41,457 bases of DNA from the NCBI GenBank assembly GCA_964609705.1, contig CAZSTT010000001.1, forward strand, positions 16,420 through 57,876, read 5' to 3'. The notes under the pieces were generated by a model. It did no database searches. It was not told the origin of the DNA and worked only from the letters and a program-made list of their open reading frames with translations. Both the position numbers and the translations under genes were made by a program. Source of the DNA: an uncultured Thermodesulfobacteriota bacterium. Its GTDB lineage: Bacteria > Desulfobacterota > RBG-13-43-22. This document shows positions 1 through 9,921 of this stretch, one piece after another (positions within the stretch are counted from its first letter, which is position 1; each line of letters starts with the position of its first letter).

Positions 1-39
1 CCGGTTATAGTTTAAACCTTTAACTTCTTCTCTTTTCCC

Positions 40-77
40 AAGGGAGGGCCGGAATGCCGATCCTCCCTTTTTTATTT
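40..77 (+). terminator. Rho-independent terminator-like hairpin plus T-run, probably for a + strand gene left of the window; it also lies just 3' of eno
   Basis: Stem AAGGGAGG (40-47) / CCTCCCTT (62-69) runs directly into TTTTTATTTT on the + strand. Confidence 0.45.
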
Positions 78-90
78 TAGCAGACCCAGA

Positions 91-1386
<1,296 letters not shown>

Positions 1387-1564
1387 TCATTGGGTTACCT
1401 TATTATTGGTGGATCCTATCATAATTGATGGGCTTTTTAAAGGAAATAGCCCTATCCATCCTATTTTGAATCCTGGATATTAGGCTTGACAAAAATAATA
1501 ATAACGTCCAAAGAAATACAATACAAGAATGTATATATATGATCATACCTGGGAGGGTTCAATC

Positions 1565-2107
1565 ATGAATCTGGCGGATCGATGGCATCGTATTTATTCC
1601 AAGACCATCGGGGCCTTCCGTATTTTTACCATCCGGGAAGATGGTTATCGATTACCCCGCAGTCATCAGGAAGCCCCTTTTTATATCCTGGAAAGTAATG
1701 ATTGGGTCAATGTGATTCCGATAACTGAAGATGGAAAGGTTTTATTAATCAGGCAATTCCGTTTTGGTATTGAGGAAGTAACGCTGGAAATACCTGGGGG
1801 AATTGTAGACTCCGGGTATACCCCCATGGAAGCGGCCCGGAAAGAACTTCTCGAGGAAACCGGTTATTCCTCGGACCATTGGGAATATCTGGGGGTTGTC
1901 CATCCCAATCCGGCTTTTCTTAACAACCGCTGTCACAGTTTTCTGGCCCGGAATGTAACAAAAATCACTGAAATGTCCCCTGAAGAGAGCGAAGAATTTG
2001 AGGCCCTCCAAGTCCCCCTGGTGGAAATCAAAAATTTAATCGGACAGGGAATCATCTCGCATTCCCTGGTGATTTGTGCCTTTTATCTGCATCAGAATCG
2101 GTACTGA
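1565..2107 (+). CDS. NUDIX hydrolase (ADP-ribose pyrophosphatase-like)
   Basis: Nudix box GGIVDSGYTPMEAARKELLEETGY. I moved the start to ATG 1565, which follows a GGGAGG SD; the ORF track starts at 1529 in the same frame. Confidence 0.85.
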   Translation: MNLADRWHRIYSKTIGAFRIFTIREDGYRLPRSHQEAPFYILESNDWVNVIPITEDGKVLLIRQFRFGIEEVTLEIPGGIVDSGYTPMEAARKELLEETGYSSDHWEYLGVVHPNPAFLNNRCHSFLARNVTKITEMSPEESEEFEALQVPLVEIKNLIGQGIISHSLVICAFYLHQNRY

Positions 2108-2121
2108 TTTTACTTCTGAGA

Positions 2122-2150
2122 TTGACCCGCCTTCCAGGCTGTGCTAAGTT
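2122..2150 (+). promoter_or_regulatory. Candidate sigma-70 promoter for the small Lys-rich ORF
   Basis: TTGACC (2122-2127), 17-nt spacer, TAAGTT (2145-2150), about 45 nt upstream of ATG 2195. Confidence 0.3.
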
Positions 2151-2194
2151 AAGTTAATAAAAGGTATTGAAAACCGAACAACGGGAGGATTCCA

Positions 2195-2296
2195 ATGGCA
2201 AAATCAATGGACACCAAAAAAGAAACCAAAAAGAAACCGGCCAAGACCGCTAAAGAAAAAAAGAAAGCCAAGCAGGAAAAGAAAAAGGGGAAATAG
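2195..2296 (+). CDS. Small lysine-rich basic protein, 33 aa (MAKSMDTKKETKKKPAKTAKEKKKAKQEKKKGK); not in the ORF track
   Basis: ATG preceded by GGGAGGA at 5-nt spacing, ending in TAG at 2294-2296. The track ORF 2204..2410 (-) is its low-complexity mirror image. Confidence 0.5.
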   Translation: MAKSMDTKKETKKKPAKTAKEKKKAKQEKKKGK

Positions 2297-2387
2297 TTTA
2301 TCGGAAGTATTTTTAGGACGGCATCCGGCCGATCGGTCGTTCAACTTTGTTGAACTAAAAGAAGGCATCGATTCGGATGCCGGATCC

Positions 2388-2471
2388 CGATCTCCTGGGG
2401 AGCTCGGCAAAGCCGAGCGGACCGCCCGTATCGTGGTGCTACGCCACCAGGAGCGTGGCCCGACGGTTTAA
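2388..2471. repeat. Copy A of a conserved roughly 85-nt structured element (second copy at 36035..36123)
   Basis: Hairpins GCTCGGC-aaa-GCCGAGC (2402-2418) and GTGGTG-cta-CGCCAC (2433-2447). The core GGACCGCCCGTATCGTGGTGCTACGCCAC...CGACGGTTTAA aligns with GGCCGACCGTATTGTGGTGCCACGCCAC...TGACGGTTTAA at 36.07-36.12 kb. Confidence 0.55.
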
Positions 2472-2785
2472 TATTTATTCCCCACCTTAGCGCCGAAAAT
2501 CCCGGGCCAGATTTTTATGGAGGGTCTCCCCCGGCCCGGGAAGAGGCGAGCTCCGGTTTTTTCTCAAAACAGTACCCTTAAAACGACTCGTTCCTCCTAC
2601 AGCCCGACAGCACTGAAAATTACTTTCTTTACCGAGGGCAATCCCTTCCCCCATTCCTATTTTTTTACAAAATTCGATATACCGAGATTATCTGCCGGAA
2701 AATTTTTTCAGGATAGTCAGCCAGTCTGGTCCTGAAAGATTTACCCCTCGAATATTGTTTTCCAGACCAGCCACAACCGCCAGTT

Positions 2786-2806
2786 TTTTTTACAATGTGT
2801 AAAAAA
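2786..2806. promoter_or_regulatory. Palindromic candidate upstream activator site (TTTTTACA-atg-TGTAAAAA)
   Basis: Perfect 9-bp inverted repeat centred 128 bp upstream of the GG of the -24 element at 2924. The same motif occurs at 11915-11932. Confidence 0.4.
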
Positions 2807-2922
2807 GAACATGACCCTGAGGTGACTAGATACCTATTCAAGGGGAAGAAGGGGCGGGGCCCCTTTCTTAAGAATTCATTTAATTTCAGGTTGTTATTTA
2901 AACAAACCGAGTTGCCCGGTTT

Positions 2923-2938
2923 TGGTATGGACCTTGCA
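2923..2938 (+). promoter_or_regulatory. Sigma-54 (-24/-12) type promoter candidate
   Basis: TGGTATG-GACC-TTGCA versus consensus TGGCACG-N4-TTGCW, with correct GG/GC spacing, 115 nt upstream of ATG 3053. Confidence 0.5.
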
Positions 2939-3052
2939 AAAAAAAGTGTAACCCCAATGAGAACGGAGGTGATTGGAAGAAACCACCGGCTTTTGTTTAG
3001 TAAAACTTCTCTTCAATCAAGTTGAGTCAGTAAAGTCAAGGAGGAAATTATT

Positions 3053-3613
3053 ATGGCAGAAATGTCGAAAACACGTGGAACAATCAAGTTTTTGTTCTGG
3101 ATCCTGGCGGCGGCGGGTTTGTTCTATTACGCTTTCCACACCTACAATTCAGGACAGTTGGTCAGTTGGTATTATTATAAGGCCAAGACCGATGGCTATG
3201 CGGTAAATGCCGATACACTCAAAGGCGCCAATAAAGAAAAGCCGGCCCTGGTGCAGATCGGTCCCTTTGAAAAGATTGAAGGCCTTCAGGCCGTTCCGGT
3301 TAAAAAAGGAGATCGGCTGCCGGTTAATGCCAATGGCATTATAACTCCTGAACAGCTTAAAAAAGGTGAGCGGGCTACCCTGGAGGATAAAATTATCAAG
3401 GTGACCATGCCGGTTAAGATAAGAGAGGCCAAGGGTTTTAAATATAAAGATACCTTCAAGCACAAAGGGATTCAAACCAATCCCTGGGCCGCTGTCTGGA
3501 ATGTGGGCCTGATCCTGTTGATAGGGCTCAGCCTGGGGCTCACGGCCGAGGGATTCACCGATATGATGGGGTATAAACTGGAAAAGATCGACCATTTTGA
3601 GGGCGGACACTAA
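3053..3613 (+). CDS. Hypothetical bitopic membrane protein (N- and C-terminal TM segments, roughly 120-aa exposed middle)
   Basis: 186-aa ORF with SD AAGGAGGA upstream. Hydrophobic stretches FLFWILAAAGLFYYAF and AAVWNVGLILLIGLSLGL. First gene of a tightly spaced + strand operon. Confidence 0.7.
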   Translation: MAEMSKTRGTIKFLFWILAAAGLFYYAFHTYNSGQLVSWYYYKAKTDGYAVNADTLKGANKEKPALVQIGPFEKIEGLQAVPVKKGDRLPVNANGIITPEQLKKGERATLEDKIIKVTMPVKIREAKGFKYKDTFKHKGIQTNPWAAVWNVGLILLIGLSLGLTAEGFTDMMGYKLEKIDHFEGGH

Positions 3614-3624
3614 AGGAGGAAATT

Positions 3625-4692
3625 ATGTTTGAATTTTTAATAGCAGGTATGCAGGCCCCTATATTCTTACTGGTCCTGACCGGATTCACGGTGGGGATAG
3701 TCGGGGGGTTTATCGGAGTCGGCGGCGGCTATATGGTCACCCCGGCCTTGATTGTTTTCGGATTTCCCGGATACATGGCTTCGGGAATCGATATGACCCA
3801 TATTGCCGGCAAAGGGGTAGTGGCCACCATCAGGCACCGGCAGCTCGGCAACATTGACTGGGTTTTGGGTCTGGCCATGATCGGCGGGACCATGCTGGGT
3901 GTGGAACAAGGGGTCCGGCTGCTTACTTATACCAAAGAATTGGGGCTTTCCGGAATTATTCTTTTAACCGCCTCGGTGATCATTATGCTGGGGCTCTTTA
4001 TTTATACCCAGATCGAGACCCGATCGGCCCATAAAAAGATTGAGAAGATGTCTAAGGACGGGGAACATGTCGGAAGGGAAGTTATGACCAGTAAGGGTCC
4101 GGCCTTTTTTCAAAGAATTCCTCTTTTCCCCATTGTCCGCTGCCGGGTGGCCAAGATCGTGGTCTCCATGTGGGTGATCGTGGTGGTCGGGCTGGTTACC
4201 GGCGTCTTGGCCGGGTTTTTGGGGGTGGGGGGCGGTTTCATTCGCGTTCCGGCCCTGATCTATATCGTCGGGGCTTCCACCCACATTGCCGTGGGGACCG
4301 ACCTTCTGGAAATAGCGGTTTCCGGAGGATATGGGGCCTTGAGACATTCCATGATGGGAAATGTGGATATGATTGCCGTGCTCTTCATGATCGTCGGGGC
4401 CATGTTCGGGACTCAATTCGGGAGCATCGCCACCTCCTATGTCAGGGGACCGGCCATCCGCTATATCCTCAGTTATTCCTTGATCCTGGCCACGGTCGGG
4501 GCCTTTCTGAGACTCGGCTACATGATGACCGGGTCGAAGTATGAGATCCTGTCTTTTCTGGCGGTGGTCTTTACCCTGGGAGAAATGATCTTCCTCTGTC
4601 TTTTTATTGTTTCACTGGTGATTTTTTCCGTACGCCATAAGCATGGGAAAAAGGTCCCGGCCTGGGTGCCTTCCCTGGTGGTGTCCAATTAA
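3625..4692 (+). CDS. TSUP (TauE/SafE, DUF81) family anion/sulfite-type permease
   Basis: Polytopic 355-aa protein with the duplicated TSUP signature GGFIGVGGGYMVTPALI / AGFLGVGGGFIRVPALIY. SD AAAGGAGGA lies 12 nt after the previous stop. Confidence 0.85.
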   Translation: MFEFLIAGMQAPIFLLVLTGFTVGIVGGFIGVGGGYMVTPALIVFGFPGYMASGIDMTHIAGKGVVATIRHRQLGNIDWVLGLAMIGGTMLGVEQGVRLLTYTKELGLSGIILLTASVIIMLGLFIYTQIETRSAHKKIEKMSKDGEHVGREVMTSKGPAFFQRIPLFPIVRCRVAKIVVSMWVIVVVGLVTGVLAGFLGVGGGFIRVPALIYIVGASTHIAVGTDLLEIAVSGGYGALRHSMMGNVDMIAVLFMIVGAMFGTQFGSIATSYVRGPAIRYILSYSLILATVGAFLRLGYMMTGSKYEILSFLAVVFTLGEMIFLCLFIVSLVIFSVRHKHGKKVPAWVPSLVVSN

Positions 4693-4717
4693 ATAACGGG
4701 GCGAAAGTGGAGAACCT

Positions 4718-4912
4718 ATGAGAATTCCGGTGAATATTTTGCACATCGATTCTGAATATCAGGTTCACCACTTGGTTATTGAGGAAGGATTATTGAACCA
4801 TTCAAGGATTTCATTGGAGACGGCTATTGCCTTCCTGAAGTCGAGAAAGTTCGACCTAATCCTTTCCGAACCCCATAATAAAGTATTATTAGAAAAAACA
4901 AAGGAGAATTAA
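4718..4912 (+). CDS. Hypothetical 64-aa protein resembling the first half of a receiver domain with non-canonical acidic residues
   Basis: SD GGAG 5 nt upstream. ILHIDSE...AIAFLKSRKFDLILSE parallels the beta1-alpha1-beta2-alpha2-beta3 pattern (xxVDDE...PDLILLD) of CheY-like receivers, with Glu at the phospho-Asp position. Confidence 0.45.
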   Translation: MRIPVNILHIDSEYQVHHLVIEEGLLNHSRISLETAIAFLKSRKFDLILSEPHNKVLLEKTKEN

Positions 4913-4914
4913 AT

Positions 4915-5022
4915 ATGAGATGGTTTATCGATTCCATGTTCGGGTATTGGATCCTTCTTCTGGCTTTTTCCTTAGGCGTGTCGGCCGTCATTTATGAGGT
5001 CTGGCTGCGCGGAAACTTATAG
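4915..5022 (+). CDS. Small hydrophobic protein, 35 aa (MRWFIDSMFGYWILLLAFSLGVSAVIYEVWLRGNL); not in the ORF track
   Basis: ATG 4915 preceded by AAGGAGAA, with a single predicted TM helix. It sits in a 3-nt gap after the previous gene and 12 nt before the next. Confidence 0.5.
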   Translation: MRWFIDSMFGYWILLLAFSLGVSAVIYEVWLRGNL

Positions 5023-5034
5023 GGGGGTGAATCC

Positions 5035-5238
5035 ATGAAATTATTATTTCAGATTGTCGGCAATTTGATCCTTTACGGATATCTACTCTGGTCCCTCTAT
5101 CATTCTACTATTGTCGAATGGGACCCCTGGGATGCCTTTACCGTGGTCTTTGTCTTGTTTGTGGCCATAGTCACCTCCTTGATGCCCGCTCTTCATGCCT
5201 CTAAAACTTCTCCGGGGACTTATCCTTATGACGACTGA
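5035..5238 (+). CDS. Small membrane protein (2 TM), 67 aa
   Basis: SD GGGGGGTG upstream, with two hydrophobic helices. Confidence 0.55.
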   Translation: MKLLFQIVGNLILYGYLLWSLYHSTIVEWDPWDAFTVVFVLFVAIVTSLMPALHASKTSPGTYPYDD

Positions 5239-5872
5239 AGTCGAGGCCTTACGGACCAAAATCCGTCAGCTCTACCCCAAACGTCAAAGGGGTGATCTGA
5301 CGGAAAAGGTCTTTCAGAAAGAGCTGATCGAGCGCACGCTGGACTTGTATCGGGCGCTCCTTAAGGCCCGTTTCCAAAAGGGGGAGGCTATTCAGAAAGA
5401 ACATCATGTGGTCCGCGCCCATACCCGATTGACCCATTCTGTCTTAAGAGAACCGGAACAGGAGGCGGTCAGCCTCTTTGCTACTGATCGCCGGCTGTTC
5501 TGTGTTCAAGCCTGTTTGATGCCCGACCATCCGCCCACCGCGGATGATAAGGATCAGACCGTCATCAGGGAAATTCCCTTTAAGAAAAACCTTTCAATCA
5601 CCCCTCGACGTCAGATTAGATGGGGGGAGATCGGTGTGGGAGGGGCCATGGGGGCTTTTGCTCTCCTCTTCGCCTCTTGGCTCTCCTTCACCGGCCCATT
5701 TCTGATCGGTCTGGGAGCGGCCGGTATGGTCCATGGCCTCATACTCCCCACCCGTTGGCTGGAAATTAAAAACCCTGAATCGGAATCGGCTCAAGACCCG
5801 ATCATCATTTATGCCCTTAGAAAAAAAAGTGCTCGAAACCTGGTGCAATATATCCAGGTCAGAAAGGGGTAG
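5195..5872 (+). CDS. Hypothetical protein with a central TM hairpin (alternative start ATG 5228, MTTEVEAL...)
   Basis: 225-aa ORF overlapping the previous gene. Hydrophobic GVGGAMGAFALLFASWLSFTGPFLIGLGAAGMVHGLIL. Its stop lies 3 nt before the receiver gene. Confidence 0.6.
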   Translation: MPLKLLRGLILMTTEVEALRTKIRQLYPKRQRGDLTEKVFQKELIERTLDLYRALLKARFQKGEAIQKEHHVVRAHTRLTHSVLREPEQEAVSLFATDRRLFCVQACLMPDHPPTADDKDQTVIREIPFKKNLSITPRRQIRWGEIGVGGAMGAFALLFASWLSFTGPFLIGLGAAGMVHGLILPTRWLEIKNPESESAQDPIIIYALRKKSARNLVQYIQVRKG

Positions 5873-5874
5873 GG

Positions 5875-6267
5875 ATGAAAGGGAAAAAAGTTCTACTGGT
5901 GGATGATGAAGTTGATTTCACCGCCGGTTTAAGCAAGGTGTTGCGTCGCCGGGGGGTTGAGGTGGAAACCGCTTCCGACGGATTTACCGCCGTATCGCGA
6001 ATTGTTAAAGAACCCTTCGATGTCATCGTCCTGGATGTTAAGATGCCGGGAATGGATGGAATCCAGGTTTTAGCCGAGATCAAACGGTTAAACATCAACA
6101 CCCAAGTCATTTTACTGACCGGGCATCTTTCCCTTTCCGAGGAGGAAACAGGTTTGAAAGAAGGGGCGTTTGCCTATTTGTTTAAACCCTTCCCCATTTT
6201 GAAACTGGTGGATTTGATTGGAGAGGCAGCTCGGAAAAACTTGAAACCGGGAGTAGATGACCGATGA
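5875..6267 (+). CDS. Single-domain response regulator (CheY-like receiver)
   Basis: LLVDDE, VLDVKMPGMDG, LLTGH and KPF are receiver hallmarks. No output domain. Confidence 0.9.
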   Translation: MKGKKVLLVDDEVDFTAGLSKVLRRRGVEVETASDGFTAVSRIVKEPFDVIVLDVKMPGMDGIQVLAEIKRLNINTQVILLTGHLSLSEEETGLKEGAFAYLFKPFPILKLVDLIGEAARKNLKPGVDDR

Positions 6268-6376
6268 CCGATACTGGAGGTCGGATACCGGATATCCAGT
6301 CGTTGGCCTCAGGTCTTTGACTTTAAGGTTTCAACGAATTCTTGAATCCTCGCTCGACTTCCTATATTATTAGAAA

Positions 6377-9046
6377 ATGCAAGAAAATATTTCAGACAAT
6401 CCTTCTGATCAACAACCGGCCTGGTACCAGTCGGGGGGACGAAAAATTTGGAGGGGATTCCTTTTTTTTCTGGAAGTGATCGGACTTCGCCGGTCAAACG
6501 GGGTCGATCAATCAGCCCGGGTGACCCGGTTAAAACAAAATCATACCGAATTCCGCAAGCTCCTTTCCGCCAATAACAGTTTTCTTGAAACGATGACCGA
6601 TCTGGAAGAAAAATACCTGGAACAGGGTTTTTTCGATCGGACTTATATTCAACGGAGGGTTTTAAGAGCTATCGCCGATATTCACACCATGATTGATACT
6701 ATTATGGCGATTTCTAATAGTCGATATCCTGCGTTGCGTGAGCGGTTTGAAGGGATCGTGTTTTCCCTGACCAGATTAATCGAGGGCTCGGGAAGCGGAG
6801 TTCCCCTAGCATGGGTAAGGGATTTACCGGCTTTAGATAAAAGCCAGACTGATCTGGTCGGGGGAAAGGCGGCGAATCTGGGGGAAATCCGGAATGTCCT
6901 GGATCTGCCCACGCCGGATGGATTTGTGGTCACCACCGAAGGATATCGACTTCTTCTGGAAAAGGGAGGGGTTAAATCCTGGCTCCAAGATAAGGACCTG
7001 GAACTATTGACCACCCAGGATGTGGAAGAAATCAGCCGAACGATTCAGGAACAATTCCAGACCATTCATGTCCCTTCGTCCTTTAATGAGGCCATCCTAG
7101 GGGCATATGACCGACTGATCCAAAGAATAGGAACCCCGGTCTCCCTGGCCGTGCGATCCAGTGCCTTGGGGGAAGATGGCGGATTTTCATTTGCCGGGCA
7201 ATTTCTGACTCTTTTGAATATCAAGCGTGAAGGGTTGGTGGAGGCTTATCTCCAGGTGGCCGCCAGCCTGTTTTCTTCCGAAGCCATTCATTACCGCCGA
7301 TTGCATGGGATCCCTGGACATTCGGCTGAGATGGCCGTGGTGTTTGTTGCCATGGTAAATGCCCAGGCCAGCGGAGTGACCTTTTCCAAAGATCCCAATC
7401 AACCCGATTCCAATAAAATCCTGATCCAGGCTATTCGCGGGTTGGGAGTCCCTTTGGTGGAGGGACGGACCTCCCCGGAAGTGATCTTCGTTCCCAACAA
7501 TTTAAATCAATCCCAAATCGTTCGTTCTCCTTCACAGCAAAGGACTCGCCTTCTCCTTACTGACCAGGAGGAACTTAAAGAGGATCTGATCGGATTTGGG
7601 GAAACCGAGCAAGATTTTTTGACTGACGAAGAGGTTGTCCTCCTTGGCCAATGGGCTGTGCTGTTAGAGGATCATTTTGGAAGTCCGCAGGATATCGAAT
7701 GGGCCATGGATCGGGACAGGAAGATTTATCTCCTCCAATCCCGGCCGTTACGCCTGCTGGAACAGAAAGGTGAGGCCGGACGACCTTTGCCCGGATACCC
7801 CGTACTGCTAAGCGGGGGGGAAGTGGCCTGCCCGGGAACCGGTACCGGACCGGCGGTCCACATGTCGGAGGATGATGACCTCAACACTTTTCCCGAAGGA
7901 GGAATTTTGATCGCCCGGAGGTCTTCCCCACGCTTTGTTCGACTCATGTCCAAGGTCCGGGCCATCGTCACCGATTTTGGAAGTACCACCGGTCATATGG
8001 CCTCCTTGTCCAGGGAATTCGGGGTGCCGACCTTGTTGAACACCAAAACCGCCACACAGCAAATCCGCCCAGGGACTATCCTCACTGTGGATGTCGCCAA
8101 TAGGCTGGTCTATGAGGGCGAAGTTCCCCTGCCGGAATGGAAAGGGAAAACGGAAAAATGGGCCTTGGAAAAATCATCGACCCCGGAACTGGAGTACCTT
8201 AAAAAGGTCATCGAACTCATTCAACCCCTTAATCTGACGGATCCCTTGTCCAAGAACTTCAAAGAAGATCAGTGCCGAACCCTTCACGATCTGGCCAGGT
8301 TCATTCATGAGAAATCCTACGAAGAGATGTTTATTTTGGGTGAACAATTAGGAGATCTTCGAGCCTCCAGTTATCATCTGGATGTTTTCCTGCCGATTGA
8401 CCTTTACCTGATCGATCTGGGGGGCGGGGTGGAGGGAGTCCCCAAACAAGGTAAGATTAAACGGTCCCAGATCCTTTCCATCCCCTTAACTGCCCTTCTG
8501 GAAGGGATGCTCCATGAAAAGATTCCCCGGTACGGTTCGAAACCGATGGATTATAAGGGTTTCTTTTCCATCATGATGCGGCATGCTGTAAACAGCCCGG
8601 AAGGAGAGCAATCCTTTCAGGATCCCTGCTATGCCATTATTTCCGACCACTATCTAAATTACACCGCCAGGGTGGGATATCATTTCAGTGTGGTGGACAC
8701 TTATTGCAGCAGTACGCCGAATAAGAATTACATCAGTCTGACTTTCCGGGGAGGTGCAGCCGACCTGGTTCGAAGGGCTCGCCGAACTAGGGCCATTGCC
8801 GGCATTCTTCGGGAACATGGGTTCCATGTGGGGTTGGCTCACGATGTGGTCACCGCCCGGCTGGGAAAAGCCTCCCAAGAGGAAATGATCGGTCATTTAA
8901 AAATGATCGGTAGCCTCTTCCAATTCTTTCGTCAAATGGACGTTTCTATGATGAGCGAGGATTCGGTCGACCAATTCAAAGATGCCTTTCTGCGGGGGGA
9001 GTATGATTTCGGGCAAGAAAGATCAGAAATGACGATCAAAGATTAA
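6377..9046 (+). CDS. PEP-utilising enzyme family protein (PpsA/PPDK-like ATP-grasp plus phospho-His swivel domain) with a non-canonical C-terminal domain
   Basis: GGKAANLGE, AVRSSALGEDG and FAGQ fit the PPDK_N type. GSTTGHMASLSREFGVPTL is the mobile His domain. In the last roughly 300 aa I cannot find the NDL / CGE-type motifs of the PEP/pyruvate TIM barrel. Confidence 0.8.
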   Translation: MQENISDNPSDQQPAWYQSGGRKIWRGFLFFLEVIGLRRSNGVDQSARVTRLKQNHTEFRKLLSANNSFLETMTDLEEKYLEQGFFDRTYIQRRVLRAIADIHTMIDTIMAISNSRYPALRERFEGIVFSLTRLIEGSGSGVPLAWVRDLPALDKSQTDLVGGKAANLGEIRNVLDLPTPDGFVVTTEGYRLLLEKGGVKSWLQDKDLELLTTQDVEEISRTIQEQFQTIHVPSSFNEAILGAYDRLIQRIGTPVSLAVRSSALGEDGGFSFAGQFLTLLNIKREGLVEAYLQVAASLFSSEAIHYRRLHGIPGHSAEMAVVFVAMVNAQASGVTFSKDPNQPDSNKILIQAIRGLGVPLVEGRTSPEVIFVPNNLNQSQIVRSPSQQRTRLLLTDQEELKEDLIGFGETEQDFLTDEEVVLLGQWAVLLEDHFGSPQDIEWAMDRDRKIYLLQSRPLRLLEQKGEAGRPLPGYPVLLSGGEVACPGTGTGPAVHMSEDDDLNTFPEGGILIARRSSPRFVRLMSKVRAIVTDFGSTTGHMASLSREFGVPTLLNTKTATQQIRPGTILTVDVANRLVYEGEVPLPEWKGKTEKWALEKSSTPELEYLKKVIELIQPLNLTDPLSKNFKEDQCRTLHDLARFIHEKSYEEMFILGEQLGDLRASSYHLDVFLPIDLYLIDLGGGVEGVPKQGKIKRSQILSIPLTALLEGMLHEKIPRYGSKPMDYKGFFSIMMRHAVNSPEGEQSFQDPCYAIISDHYLNYTARVGYHFSVVDTYCSSTPNKNYISLTFRGGAADLVRRARRTRAIAGILREHGFHVGLAHDVVTARLGKASQEEMIGHLKMIGSLFQFFRQMDVSMMSEDSVDQFKDAFLRGEYDFGQERSEMTIKD

Positions 9047-9085
9047 AAAAGAACCTAAGGGAAAATGTTGCTTCAATATCGATAT

Positions 9086-9502
9086 TCAATTTTTAGTCTG
9101 AGTATCGAAGACCTCTTTGGAAATGGACTTGGATTCGCTGGCATTTTCAATAGCCGAAACCAGGGTTTCCACCGGGCAGGGTTTGAGCAGCACCAGGGCC
9201 ACCCCCTTATCCATGACCTGGACCACCCGGTCGATATCCAGGTTGCCGGTCAGGAGGATCACCGGGGTCAGGGAATCTTTGGCGCGGATTTCCTGTAAAA
9301 CGGCCAGGCCATCCATTCCAGGCATCCTAAGATCCAGCACAATCACATCCGGTTCTTCCATGGAAAGCAGTTTAAGGGCTGAAAGGCCGTCAAAAGCCGC
9401 TTTAACCTCCATCCCCCTTCTCTTAAGCACCTTGGTTAAAGACTCAACAAAAATCCTTTCATCGTCGATCAGTATAACCCGGATGGATTTAGAACTGTTC
9501 AC
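9086..9502 (-). CDS. Single-domain response regulator (CheY-like receiver)
   Basis: ILIDDE, VLDLRMPGMDG, LLTGN and KP motifs. GTG start overlaps the upstream stop (GTGA). Confidence 0.9.
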   Translation of the reverse strand: MNSSKSIRVILIDDERIFVESLTKVLKRRGMEVKAAFDGLSALKLLSMEEPDVIVLDLRMPGMDGLAVLQEIRAKDSLTPVILLTGNLDIDRVVQVMDKGVALVLLKPCPVETLVSAIENASESKSISKEVFDTQTKN

Positions 9503-9921
9503 TTTTTCCCCTCTTCTCCAGCTTCCGGACCTTCGTCCTTTTCTTCAAGAATCAACTTTCTTTGATAAGCCTGTCGAATTTTTTCGTGGAGATCTTCAAA
9601 CCGGACCGGTTTCATAAGAAAATCAAAAGCCCCCAACTGCATCCCGTCTATGCCTGATTCGAAAGAGCCGTGACCGGTAAGGATAATCACTTCCACCCCG
9701 GGTTTTTTCCCCTTGATCAACTTCAAGGCGGCCATACCGTCCATTCCCGGCATCTTTAAATCCAAGACAATAACATCAAAATCGTATTCATCGACCGCTT
9801 GGACTGCGCTTTCTCCGTTGTAAACCGTGACGATATCATAGCCCCGTTTGGATATCAGTTTGGCGATATTATTGGCAAAGGCTACTTCATCATCGACCAA
9901 CAGGATTTTGGCTTTTTTCAT
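9499..9921 (-). CDS. Single-domain response regulator (CheY-like receiver)
   Basis: LLVDDE, VLDLKMPGMDG, ILTGHG and KP motifs. ATG overlaps the kinase stop (ATGA). Confidence 0.9.
   Translation of the reverse strand: MKKAKILLVDDEVAFANNIAKLISKRGYDIVTVYNGESAVQAVDEYDFDVIVLDLKMPGMDGMAALKLIKGKKPGVEVIILTGHGSFESGIDGMQLGAFDFLMKPVRFEDLHEKIRQAYQRKLILEEKDEGPEAGEEGKK

Noticed and set aside
2204-2410. 68-aa ORF on the minus strand
   Set aside because: It is the mirror image of the A-rich Lys-codon run (poly-Phe/Leu translation). The + strand mini-ORF has the RBS.
2517-3025. Track ORFs 2517..2735 and 2795..3025 in the 750-bp gap before the 3053 operon
   Set aside because: They have no SD and odd composition, and they overlap the predicted terminator-like hairpin (2843-2865), the palindromic UAS and the -24/-12 promoter. 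I treat them as non-coding leader or regulatory DNA.
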